NCBI GenBank assembly: GCA_050692915.1
Contig: JBOGVU010000004.1
Span: 1,968-65,967, forward strand
Reading direction: 5' to 3'
Length of the DNA stretch: 64,000 bases
Origin: Actinomycetota bacterium
GTDB taxonomy: Bacteria; Actinomycetota; UBA4738; CALAEC01
Shown in pieces: positions 10,798 to 19,145 of the stretch (position 1 is the first letter of the stretch; each line of letters begins with the position of its first letter). The notes below the pieces were generated by a model, which worked only from the letters and a program-made list of their open reading frames with translations, was not told the DNA's origin and did no database searches. The position numbers and the translations under genes were made by a program.

Positions 10798-11739
10798 TTG
10801 CCGGCCCCAGGCCCCTCCAATAGACTCCCCAGCCGTCCCGATGACCTGGGCCGACGTCGAGCGAGACCAGACGCCGCGGCCGGGGGAGGCGTAGGCTCGC
10901 CCCGCTCCCGGCCCACCCGCGCCTTTCCCTCGTTGGCGGTGACCGCGTTCCTGCTCCTGGGGGGGGTCCTCCTCCTGCTCCCCCGGCCGGAGACCCCCAT
11001 GACCGTGGGACGGGCCAGCGCCGAGGTCGCCACGCTCGAGGACGGGCTGCTCACCGTGGGGGCCGCCCCCACCTCGCCGTACTCGTTCTCCGGACCGGGG
11101 GGGCCGACCGGGTTCGAAGTGGACATCGTCGTGGAAGTGGCCCGGCGGCTGGGGCTCGAGTCCCGGCTGGTGCTGGCTGAGGGGGACCCCTTCTCCTCGG
11201 TCGAGGAGGGCCAGGCGGACGTGGTCGTCGCCGGCGCCCCGATCACCGCGGAGCTGGAGAGCCGGGTGAACCTGTCCGAGCCGTACGTGCGGGTCCTCCA
11301 TGCGTTCGTGGTGAACGCGGACGCCCGACCGGACCTGACCGGGCTCGACGACCTGGCGGAAGGCGACGACGTGGCGGTGGTCGAGGGCTCCACCGGGCAT
11401 GCCTGGGCGATCTCGGCCCTGGAGCCCGAGGCGATCGAGGTCGGTCCGTACCCCGATGTCGAGGCCGCCGCCGTGGCGCTGGCCGCGGGGGCCGTGGACG
11501 CGCTCATCGTGGACGAGGTCCAGGCCATGGCGGCCACCGACGCCCGGGAGAGCCTTCGGATCCTGGAGACGGTCCCCACCGGGGCGGGCCTGGGCATCGC
11601 CGTCGACCCCCGCAACGGGGACCTGCTGACCGCCATGAACGAGGCCCTGGCGGACATGGCCGCGGACGGGACGTACGACCGGATCTACGACCGGTATCGG
11701 GCGGCCCTCCCGCCCGGGGGCCGGATCACCGCGGGGTAG
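10798..11739 (+). CDS. polar amino acid ABC substrate-binding protein (SBP_bac_3 family). True start uncertain: TTG 10798, or GTG 10939
   Basis: SBP_bac_3-like body (GFEVDIVVEVARRLGL…). Hydrophobic signal segment. G8 homopolymer at 10960-10967. Confidence 0.7.
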   Translation: MPAPGPSNRLPSRPDDLGRRRARPDAAAGGGVGSPRSRPTRAFPSLAVTAFLLLGGVLLLLPRPETPMTVGRASAEVATLEDGLLTVGAAPTSPYSFSGPGGPTGFEVDIVVEVARRLGLESRLVLAEGDPFSSVEEGQADVVVAGAPITAELESRVNLSEPYVRVLHAFVVNADARPDLTGLDDLAEGDDVAVVEGSTGHAWAISALEPEAIEVGPYPDVEAAAVALAAGAVDALIVDEVQAMAATDARESLRILETVPTGAGLGIAVDPRNGDLLTAMNEALADMAADGTYDRIYDRYRAALPPGGRITAG

Positions 11740-11743
11740 CGAC

Positions 11744-12790
11744 GTGGCCGGTCGGCCAGAGACCGAGGTCGTGGTGGTGGGGGCGGGCATCATGGGCTCG
11801 GCCACTGCGGCGGCGCTGGCCCGGGAGGGGCGAGAGGTGGTCTTGGTGGAGCGGTTCCGGGTGGGCCATCGCCGTGGGTCCAGTCACGGCGCCGCCCGCA
11901 TCTTCCGCTTCTCGCACCCGGACCCGCTGTACGTCGGCATGATGCAGGAGGCCCTCCCGTTGTGGCGGCGGCTGGAGGATGAAACGGGCGAGACGATCCT
12001 GACGGTGACCGGCGGTCTCGACGGGGGGAGCGGTCTGGAGCAGAACGCCGCGGCCATGGCGGCGCGAGGCGTGCCCTTCGAACGGATCGACGGGACCGAG
12101 GTGACCGCCCGGTTCCCGGCCCTGGCCGCCGAGCCCGGGGAGCCGTTCCTGTTCCAGGCGGAAGGGGGAATCGTTGCGGCCGACGTGGCCCTGCGGGCCT
12201 TCGTCTCCTCGGCGGTAGGCCGGGGAGCTGAGCTGGTGGAGGAGACGCGGGTGGTGGCCGTCAGGCCGGGGGACGACGCGGTAGAGATCGACACCGAGGA
12301 TGGGGCCTACCGGGCCCGCGGGGCCGTGGTGACGGCCGGGGCGTGGGCCAGGGGCCTCCTGACGCCGGCCGGAGTGGACCTCCCCGTCCGCCCCACGCGG
12401 GAGACGGTGGCGTACTTTCGGCTCGACGAGTCGCTCCCGGTCCCCACCCTGGTGGAGTGGGCCGACCCATTGGGCTACGCGCTCCGCAACCCCGGGCAGG
12501 GGATCAAGGCGGCCGAGCACCGGGTCGGCCCGGAGATCGACCCGGACGAGGAGGGCGGGCCGGACCAGGGGTCGGTGGCCCGGATCGGGTCCTGGATCCA
12601 TCGCCGGTTCCCGGAGGCCGACCCGGAGCCCCACCTCGTGGAGACCTGCCTGTACACGAACACCGACGACGAGTCGTTCGTCCTGGAGCGCCGGGGGCGG
12701 TTGGTGGTGGGGTCCCCGTGTAGCGGGCACGGCTTCAAGTTCGCCCCCCTGATCGGGGAGCGGCTGGCCGCCCTGGCCGGGGTGGGTTGA
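11744..12790 (+). CDS. FAD-dependent N-methyl amino acid oxidase (monomeric sarcosine oxidase / MTOX-like)
   Basis: GAGIMG dinucleotide-binding motif and a C-terminal CSGHGFKF motif typical of covalent-flavin MSOX family members. Confidence 0.8.
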   Translation: MAGRPETEVVVVGAGIMGSATAAALAREGREVVLVERFRVGHRRGSSHGAARIFRFSHPDPLYVGMMQEALPLWRRLEDETGETILTVTGGLDGGSGLEQNAAAMAARGVPFERIDGTEVTARFPALAAEPGEPFLFQAEGGIVAADVALRAFVSSAVGRGAELVEETRVVAVRPGDDAVEIDTEDGAYRARGAVVTAGAWARGLLTPAGVDLPVRPTRETVAYFRLDESLPVPTLVEWADPLGYALRNPGQGIKAAEHRVGPEIDPDEEGGPDQGSVARIGSWIHRRFPEADPEPHLVETCLYTNTDDESFVLERRGRLVVGSPCSGHGFKFAPLIGERLAALAGVG

Positions 12791-12870
12791 GAAAGCGCGC
12801 ACCGACCAACTAGCATTCCCCCAAGCGGCCGTCCCCCGGCCGCCCGGGACGGGACATGAAGGGAGGCGAC

Positions 12871-13722
12871 GTGGCGACACGGAAGGCTCGACTGCTCATG
12901 GGGGTTCTCTTCTCGCTGGTGCTGGTGGCCGGGGCCTGCGCGGAGGAGGAGCCCATCGAACCGGGCGCGGGGGCGGATGAGACCGAATCCCCCACCCCGG
13001 AGTTCACCACGCTCACCGAGGGGGTCCTGGCGGTCGGCTCGTGCCTGGACTTCCCGCCGTTCGAGTCGGTCGAGGGGGGCGACGAGGTCGGGTTCGACGT
13101 CGACCTGATCGAGGAGATCGCCACCCGACTCGGCCTGGAGGTCGAGTGGGTCCGGGCCGACTTCGACACGATCTTCACGGCCGTGGCCGGCGGCGAGTTC
13201 GACGTGGTGGCCGCGGCCTCGACCATCACGGAGGAACGCGAGCAGGTCGTCGACTTCTCCGAGCCCTATTACAACTCCCGGCAGTCCCTGATCGTAAATA
13301 CGGAGGAGACCCCGGACATCGCCGGCGTCGCGGACATCGGCGAGGGCGACGTGATCGGCGTCCAGCGAGGGACCACCGGCAAGGCCTGGGCAGAGGACAA
13401 CCTCGTGCCCCAGGGAGCGGAGATCCGGACGTTCCAGGGGGCGCCCGCGGCCTTCCAGGACCTGGCCGCTGGCGGGGTGACGGCGGTGGTCAACGATGAG
13501 CCTTCCTCCGCGGAGATCATCGAGAGCCTCCCGGGGCTGGAGATCGTGGAGGCCATCGACACGGACGAGAAGTACGGGTTCGCCTTCTCTCCGGAGAACC
13601 CCGAGCTCACCGACGCCGTCAACCAGGCCCTGGCGGAGATCATCGCCGATGGGACGTACCAGGAGATCTTCCAGAGGTACTTTCCCGGCGTAGAGGTCCC
13701 GCCGGAGTTCCAGCCCTCCTAG
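12871..13722 (+). CDS. polar amino acid ABC substrate-binding lipoprotein (SBP_bac_3). Alternative ATG start at 12856
   Basis: RBS AAGGGAGG precedes GTG 12871. Lipobox LVAGAC. SBP_bac_3-like body. Confidence 0.75.
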   Translation: MATRKARLLMGVLFSLVLVAGACAEEEPIEPGAGADETESPTPEFTTLTEGVLAVGSCLDFPPFESVEGGDEVGFDVDLIEEIATRLGLEVEWVRADFDTIFTAVAGGEFDVVAAASTITEEREQVVDFSEPYYNSRQSLIVNTEETPDIAGVADIGEGDVIGVQRGTTGKAWAEDNLVPQGAEIRTFQGAPAAFQDLAAGGVTAVVNDEPSSAEIIESLPGLEIVEAIDTDEKYGFAFSPENPELTDAVNQALAEIIADGTYQEIFQRYFPGVEVPPEFQPS

Positions 13723-13789
13723 CGGCGCGCGGCGAAGGGGGCCCGTCCGACTGCGGGCGGGCCCCCTTCTCGTTCTCGGAGGCGGATCG

Positions 13790-14902
13790 ATGGCCGTGAC
13801 CAAGGAACAGGGCAGCCAGCTGGACCAGCTGGAGTCCCCGGCCGAGCGACGGCTGGCCCGGTCGGCGGCCATGATCCTGGGCATCGGCATCGCCTCCATC
13901 GGGTTGGCCCTGGGAGGGACCGTGGTGTCGACCCTGGCAAACGGCATCGTCCCCTACCGGCGGTTGGTGGAGGGGCTGCTGTCCACGCCCACCGCGGTGA
14001 TCCTCGACATCGGCCTCGGCCTGGGCGCGGTGGCCATCGCCCTCGGCTTCGCCATGTACGGTCGGATGCCCACCAAGCGGTCCCGGGAGCAGTCCATCGC
14101 CGGGGCCGTCCTGGGGATCCAGGCGGTGGTCGTCGGGCTCATCATCCTGGCGTTCCGGACCTTCGGGGACCCCGACCTGTTCATCAAGCTGTTCTTCAAC
14201 GCCGGGATCCTGGAGGGCCACCTGGGCGCGTTCATCCGGGGAGCCCTGAACACCGTCATCCTGGCCCTTACCGGTGAGGTGGGCGGGATCATCGTGGGGC
14301 TCTTCCTGGCCATGCTGGCCATGTCCAAGCGGGCCGTGGTTCGGGCCCCCGCCCGCGTGTACATCAACTTCTTCCGGGGCACGCCGCTGATCTGGCAGCT
14401 CTCGGTGTTCTACTTCGGGTTCGCCATCGGGCTGGGGATCCGCCCGGCCATCGAAATCGGGCCCATCCAGCTCTCCGCCCCCTACACGATCGCGGTCATC
14501 GTGTTCGTCCTGAACACGGGGGCGTACGCTGCCGAGGTGTTCCGGGCCGGGATCCAGTCGATCGAGCGGGGCCAGCTGGAGGCGGCCCGGTCCCTGGGCA
14601 TGTCCTACGCCCAGGCCATGCGGTACGCGGTGGTCCCTCAGGCGGTCCGGCGAGTCATCCCCCCGCTGATGAACGAGTTCGTGATCCTGATCAAGGACAC
14701 GTCTCTCGTGCTTGTGCTCGGTTTGGCCGTGGGGGAGCTGGAGCTGTACACGACCGCCCGGGAGGGGTACTCGGACACGTTCAACGCCTCGTTCTTCACC
14801 GCGGCGGCCATCGGCTACCTGGCCATCACCCTGCCGTCGATCTGGGCCGTGAACAGGCTCGAGCGCCGGCTGCGCAGCGGCCTCGTCGGGGTCGGAGCGT
14901 GA
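13790..14902 (+). CDS. amino acid ABC transporter permease (HisM/GlnP family) with ~150-aa N-terminal TM extension
   Basis: C-terminal half matches polar-amino-acid permeases (FFRGTPLIWQLSVFYFG…EAARSLGMS). Confidence 0.8.
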   Translation: MAVTKEQGSQLDQLESPAERRLARSAAMILGIGIASIGLALGGTVVSTLANGIVPYRRLVEGLLSTPTAVILDIGLGLGAVAIALGFAMYGRMPTKRSREQSIAGAVLGIQAVVVGLIILAFRTFGDPDLFIKLFFNAGILEGHLGAFIRGALNTVILALTGEVGGIIVGLFLAMLAMSKRAVVRAPARVYINFFRGTPLIWQLSVFYFGFAIGLGIRPAIEIGPIQLSAPYTIAVIVFVLNTGAYAAEVFRAGIQSIERGQLEAARSLGMSYAQAMRYAVVPQAVRRVIPPLMNEFVILIKDTSLVLVLGLAVGELELYTTAREGYSDTFNASFFTAAAIGYLAITLPSIWAVNRLERRLRSGLVGVGA

Positions 14903-15633
14903 GCGGGCCCCTGGTCCGACTGGAGGGCGTGCACAAGTGGTTCGGATCCCTCCACGTCCTCAAGGGGATCGACCTCCAGGTGGAGCCCCGAGAGGTGGTG
15001 GTGGTCATCGGACCGTCCGGGTCCGGGAAGTCCACCCTCCTCCGCACAATGAATCTGCTCGAAGAGCCCACGGAGGGGAGGGTGTGGTTCGAGGACGTCG
15101 AGCTCACCGACGTCCGGACGAACCTCAACAGGGTCCGGACCCAGCTGGGCATCGTGTTCCAGGCGTACAACCTGTTCCCTCACAAGACGGCGGTCCAGAA
15201 CATCACGGTGGCCCTGGAGAAGGTCCTTGGGCTCGACCACGGGCAGGCCCTGGAGGCGGCCCGCAAGGAGCTGGACCACGTCGGGCTGGCCCACAAGGCC
15301 GACACCCATCCGGGTCGGCTCTCGGGCGGGCAGCAGCAGCGGGTGGCCATCGCCCGGGCCCTGGCCATGCGCCCCAAGGTGATGCTCTTCGACGAGGTCA
15401 CCTCTGCTCTCGACCCCGAGCTGATCCAGGAGGTGCTCGATGTGATGAAGGCCCTGGCGTCGGAGGGGACGACCATGGTCGTGGTCACCCACGAGATGGG
15501 CTTCGCCAGGGAAGCCGCCACTCGCATGGTGTTCCTGGACGAGGGCCAGGTCCTCGAGGATGGCGATCCGCGCCGAATGTTTGATCGGCCGGAGCATCCG
15601 CGTCTGCGGCGGTTCCTCCACCGGATCCTGTGA
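14899..15633 (+). CDS. amino acid ABC transporter ATP-binding protein (GlnQ-like)
   Basis: Walker A GPSGSGKST, signature LSGGQQQRVAIARAL, ATGA overlap with the permease. Confidence 0.9.
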   Translation: MSGPLVRLEGVHKWFGSLHVLKGIDLQVEPREVVVVIGPSGSGKSTLLRTMNLLEEPTEGRVWFEDVELTDVRTNLNRVRTQLGIVFQAYNLFPHKTAVQNITVALEKVLGLDHGQALEAARKELDHVGLAHKADTHPGRLSGGQQQRVAIARALAMRPKVMLFDEVTSALDPELIQEVLDVMKALASEGTTMVVVTHEMGFAREAATRMVFLDEGQVLEDGDPRRMFDRPEHPRLRRFLHRIL

Positions 15634-15980
15634 GTCGGACGGTCCTGCTGCTCCTGGTCGTCCTGACGGCCTGCCGAAGCGATACGGGGCCCGACCCCGA
15701 CGCTCGCCCCTACGTGGTGACGGCCATCGACTACCACTTCCACGACGCCCACCCCTCGCTGGCGATCCCCCTGGACCGGGCCGTCCAGTTCAGCAACCAG
15801 GGCCGGAACCCCCACAACGTCACCATCGAGGGGACGGACTACGACCGGACCATCCAGCCCGGCGAGCGGATCACGATCGACCCGATCGGGTCCCTGCTCC
15901 CCGAACCCGGCCGATACGCGTTCGTCTGCAGGCTCCACGCGGATCGGGGGATGAGCGGGGTGCTGGTGCTGGTGGAATAG
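15630..15980 (+). CDS. small cupredoxin-like (type-1 copper) lipoprotein
   Basis: Lipobox VLTAC. Candidate copper ligands His (HFHD) … Cys-x2-His-x4-Met (FVCRLHADRGM). ATGA overlap with the upstream ATPase gene. Confidence 0.6.
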   Translation: MSRTVLLLLVVLTACRSDTGPDPDARPYVVTAIDYHFHDAHPSLAIPLDRAVQFSNQGRNPHNVTIEGTDYDRTIQPGERITIDPIGSLLPEPGRYAFVCRLHADRGMSGVLVLVE

Positions 15981-16348
15981 ATGAAGGCGGGCCCGTAGCG
16001 CCTTTGGAGCCGCTCACGCCTTCCCCATACGCGAGCGTTATCTACTCGGCTCTACGGACCCGCCAAAATTTGGTCCCGAGCGACTTCGAATCCGACGACA
16101 GCCCTCCGGTCCGGGTTCCGGTCCGGGCCTCGAGCGAACCCGATGCTCGAATCTTCCCCCGGGGCCTTCCGGCCCCCGCCGGTCCCTGCGGCCGCTCGGG
16201 ACCGGGCGGAAAACTAACAGGCGCTCGGCTCGAAGTCAACGGGGGGGGAGGTGTTGCGCCCCAACGGTTCCGAAGTATCGACGCAGGTAGCGGCCACCTT
16301 CTCGCGCGCGAAAAATCGGCGGTTGGACGCAATGTTGTCCGCCAAAAC

Positions 16349-17065
16349 TCAACGAAGCGCCTCGAGCGCTGCCACGGCGGCGGGCGCCAGGACCAGCGCG
16401 GGGAGAAGGTTCGCCACGCGAACCTCGCGCAGTGACAGGAGGCGTAGCCCGATCCCGATGATCAGGATGCCGCCCACCGCCGACATCGCGGCGATCATGG
16501 CGTCGGAGAACGCGTCGGCCAGCGCCGTGGCGGACAGCGACAGCGCGCCCTGGTACACCAGGATCGTGATCACCGAGAAGCCCACGCCCCAGCCGAGGGC
16601 CGACGCGAACGCCAGCGCGCCGAACCCGTCGAGGAGGGACTTGATCGCCAGCAGCTGGTAATCGCCGGTGAGGCCGTCCTGGATCGATCCCAGGATCGTC
16701 AGTGGCCCCACGCAGAACACCAACGACGAGACCACGAACCCCTCGGTGAACCGGGCCTGTCCGCGGCCGAAGCGAGCCTTGAGGGCCTCGCCGGCCCGGT
16801 CCAGCCCCCGCTCGATGCGGAGGAGCTCCCCCAGGACGCCACCGACCAGCACGCTCCCGAGGATGATCAGCACCGCCCCCCTGGTGACGTCGGAGAGGGG
16901 AGGTCGGAACGCCTCCAGTCCCTGGGAGACCCCCAGGACCAGCGTGAACAGGCCCAGACCGTGCATCACGGTCTCCCGGATCCGCTCCGGGAGGCGGCCG
17001 CCGAGCAGCGTCCCGACGGCCGTTCCGGCCAGAACCGCGGCCGCGTTGATCAGGGTTCCGGTCAC
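16349..17065 (-). CDS. DUF554 membrane protein (YqgA family)
   Basis: N-terminus VTGTLINAAAVLAG…GGRLPERIRETVMHGLGLF closely parallels E. coli YqgA. GTG start overlaps the upstream thioesterase stop (GTGA). Confidence 0.75.
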   Translation of the reverse strand: MTGTLINAAAVLAGTAVGTLLGGRLPERIRETVMHGLGLFTLVLGVSQGLEAFRPPLSDVTRGAVLIILGSVLVGGVLGELLRIERGLDRAGEALKARFGRGQARFTEGFVVSSLVFCVGPLTILGSIQDGLTGDYQLLAIKSLLDGFGALAFASALGWGVGFSVITILVYQGALSLSATALADAFSDAMIAAMSAVGGILIIGIGLRLLSLREVRVANLLPALVLAPAAVAALEALR

Positions 17066-17499
17066 GGGTCCTGGATCGACACCGTCAGGGTCGCTGTGGC
17101 CACCAGGTCCTCCCGGTCGTCCCTGACCCGAAGGTCCCAGACGGCCACCCGCCGCCCGACCCGCACCGGGACGCCGGCGCACGTCACGTGGCCCTCGCCG
17201 ACGGCGCGGAGGTGGTTCACCGAGAGCTGGATCCCCACCACCCGGCGGTCCAGGCCGACGGCCACCGCCGTGCCGAACGACCCCACGGTCTCACACAGGG
17301 TGGCGGTGGCTCCGCCGTGGAGGAGGCCGTCGACCTGCGCATTGCCCGCAACCGGCATGCGTGCCACCAATCGGGCGCTGCCGACCTCGAGCCACTCGAT
17401 CCCCATCCGCTCCATCAGCGTCCCCTGCATGGCCTGGTTGGCCATCTCCACGGCGCGTTCCGGAGCGACCCCCGCGGGGAGCGGGTTGTCCTCGCTCAC
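17062..17499 (-). CDS. PaaI/YbgC-type hotdog-fold thioesterase (start approximate)
   Basis: GLLHGGATATLCETVGSF motif. Confidence 0.7.
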   Translation of the reverse strand: MSEDNPLPAGVAPERAVEMANQAMQGTLMERMGIEWLEVGSARLVARMPVAGNAQVDGLLHGGATATLCETVGSFGTAVAVGLDRRVVGIQLSVNHLRAVGEGHVTCAGVPVRVGRRVAVWDLRVRDDREDLVATATLTVSIQDP

Positions 17500-17518
17500 G
17501 TCGGCGGAGTCTAGCGGT

Positions 17519-18382
17519 TCAGGAACGCCGGGCGGCCGCGTCGGCGGCCTCGGGGCCGGTCGGCCGGGCCACAACCGCCGCCTGGGGCCGGAAGAAGAGG
17601 AACCCGGTCACACCCAGATATACGAGCCACGCGCCGAGCTCCAGCCACGACGGGTTCGCGTTGTAGCCGAACATGGCCCGGAGGAAGGCGCCCACCCCTG
17701 CCTCGTCGGACAGGACGCCGGAGACGTCGAACGCGATGGCGGACTCGCCCGGCAGCCACGCGATCTCCTGGAGCTCGTGGATGCCGCCGGCCAGCAGCCC
17801 CGCGGCCAGGACGAGGATCAGGCCGCCGGTCACCTTGAAGAATGTCCGAAGGTTCAGCCGGACCCCACCCCGATAGATCAGGTAGCCGAGCACGACCGCC
17901 GTGGCCAGGCCGAGGGCGGCCCCCACGTACCCGAGGGCCACCGAGCCCGTGACCTCCTCCCGGATAGCGCCGAACAGGAAGAGGACCGTTTCCAGGCCCT
18001 CCCGGACCACGACCACGAACGCCAGGGCCGGCAGGGCCAGGGCCGTGCCCGAGGCCAGCGCGACGTCGACGCGCTCCTGGAGCTCGCCGCGGATGAACCG
18101 GGCCTGCCGCCGCATCCAGAAGATCATCCAGGTCAGCACACCCACCGCCAGGAGGCTGGCGATACCCTCGAAGGCTTCCTCGGCCGTCTCGGACAGCGCG
18201 CCGGCCGTGGCGAACACGATCGCCCCGACGACCAGGCTGAGGGCCACCGCGGCCCCGGCCCCGACCCACACCGTCCCGTGGCGGTCCCGCCGGCCCACCG
18301 AGTTCAGGTACGCCAGGATGATGCTGATGACCAGGGCGGCCTCGATGCCCTCCCGGAGCGTGATCAGGAACGCCGCGCCCAA
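17519..18382 (-). CDS. efeU: FTR1/EfeU-family high-affinity iron permease
   Basis: Two RExxE motifs (LREGIEAAL, VREGLETVL) and 7 TM segments. Confidence 0.8.
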   Translation of the reverse strand: MGAAFLITLREGIEAALVISIILAYLNSVGRRDRHGTVWVGAGAAVALSLVVGAIVFATAGALSETAEEAFEGIASLLAVGVLTWMIFWMRRQARFIRGELQERVDVALASGTALALPALAFVVVVREGLETVLFLFGAIREEVTGSVALGYVGAALGLATAVVLGYLIYRGGVRLNLRTFFKVTGGLILVLAAGLLAGGIHELQEIAWLPGESAIAFDVSGVLSDEAGVGAFLRAMFGYNANPSWLELGAWLVYLGVTGFLFFRPQAAVVARPTGPEAADAAARRS

Positions 18383-18465
18383 CGTCGCCTCCTCTCTACA
18401 TAATCAGGTAGCCCTAACGGATAGGCTCAAGTGCGGCTAATACTACGCGGGGAGTCGGATTCGAG

Positions 18466-19125
18466 TCAAGCTCCGACCCGGACCCACAGGTTGTCCGCCA
18501 GGTGGGAGCCCAGACCGACCTTCTCCCCGCCGACCTCGAGGGTCATGGTGCCGTCGGGAGCCACGGCCAGCACCCGGATCCTGGCCCCCGGCATGAGGCC
18601 GGCATCCTCGAAGAACCGCATCACGTCCAGCTCCAACTCGAGGTCCTCGGTGAGCCGCTCCAGCCGGGCCCGGGTCCCCGCAGGCACCTCGTGTAGGGGG
18701 CGCAGGTCCGACTGGTCCACGGCATGAGAAGAGCCGGGGATCGGGTTGCCGTGGACGCATGTGGCCGGGTCCCGGAGCATCTCGACGAGCCGGCCCTCCA
18801 CGCGCCCCGAGATGGCCGGGCCCCATGCCGTGGCCTCCTCGTGGGCCAGGTGCCAGGAGAGGCCGATCACCTCGACCAGGAACCGCTCGGCCAGCCGGTG
18901 CCGGCGAACGAGTGCCTCCGCCACCCGCTTTCCCTCCGCGGTGAACCGGAGGCGTCGGTCCCCGCCCGTCTCTACCAGGCCGTGTCTACCGAGCCGCTTC
19001 ACGGCCTCGGACACGGACGCGGGGCTGACGTCCAGCCATTCGGCCAGACGGGCCTGTTGGGTGGGGATCCCCTCCTCGGCCATCTCGTAGAGCGCCTCGA
19101 GGTACTCGTGGGAGGGCTGGGTCAC
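18466..19125 (-). CDS. ideR: DtxR/IdeR-family iron-dependent repressor with C-terminal FeoA/SH3-like domain
   Basis: HTH-plus-metal-site architecture. Sequence is IdeR-like along its full length. Confidence 0.85.
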   Translation of the reverse strand: MTQPSHEYLEALYEMAEEGIPTQQARLAEWLDVSPASVSEAVKRLGRHGLVETGGDRRLRFTAEGKRVAEALVRRHRLAERFLVEVIGLSWHLAHEEATAWGPAISGRVEGRLVEMLRDPATCVHGNPIPGSSHAVDQSDLRPLHEVPAGTRARLERLTEDLELELDVMRFFEDAGLMPGARIRVLAVAPDGTMTLEVGGEKVGLGSHLADNLWVRVGA

Positions 19126-19135
19126 GGGGGGAGTC

Positions 19136-19141
19136 TACAAT
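19136..19141 (+). promoter_or_regulatory. TACAAT -10 hexamer 4 nt upstream of the polA GTG (near-leaderless transcript)
   Basis: Exact TACAAT. The same hexamer recurs immediately upstream of uvrA and uvrC. Confidence 0.3.
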
Positions 19142-19145
19142 CGCC

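Noticed and set aside
15560-16435. ORFs 15560..16435 (+), 16042..16332 (-) and 16251..16661 (+) covering the convergent intergenic region.
   Set aside because: Biased composition and no RBS. They overlap the ends of real genes. The region looks non-coding.
18383-18465. Search for an IdeR/DtxR 19-bp iron box (TTAGGTTAGGCTAACCTAA) between ideR and efeU.
   Set aside because: Only weak partial matches (a TAGGCT core at 18423-28 with about 10/19 identity). Not sufficient to call.
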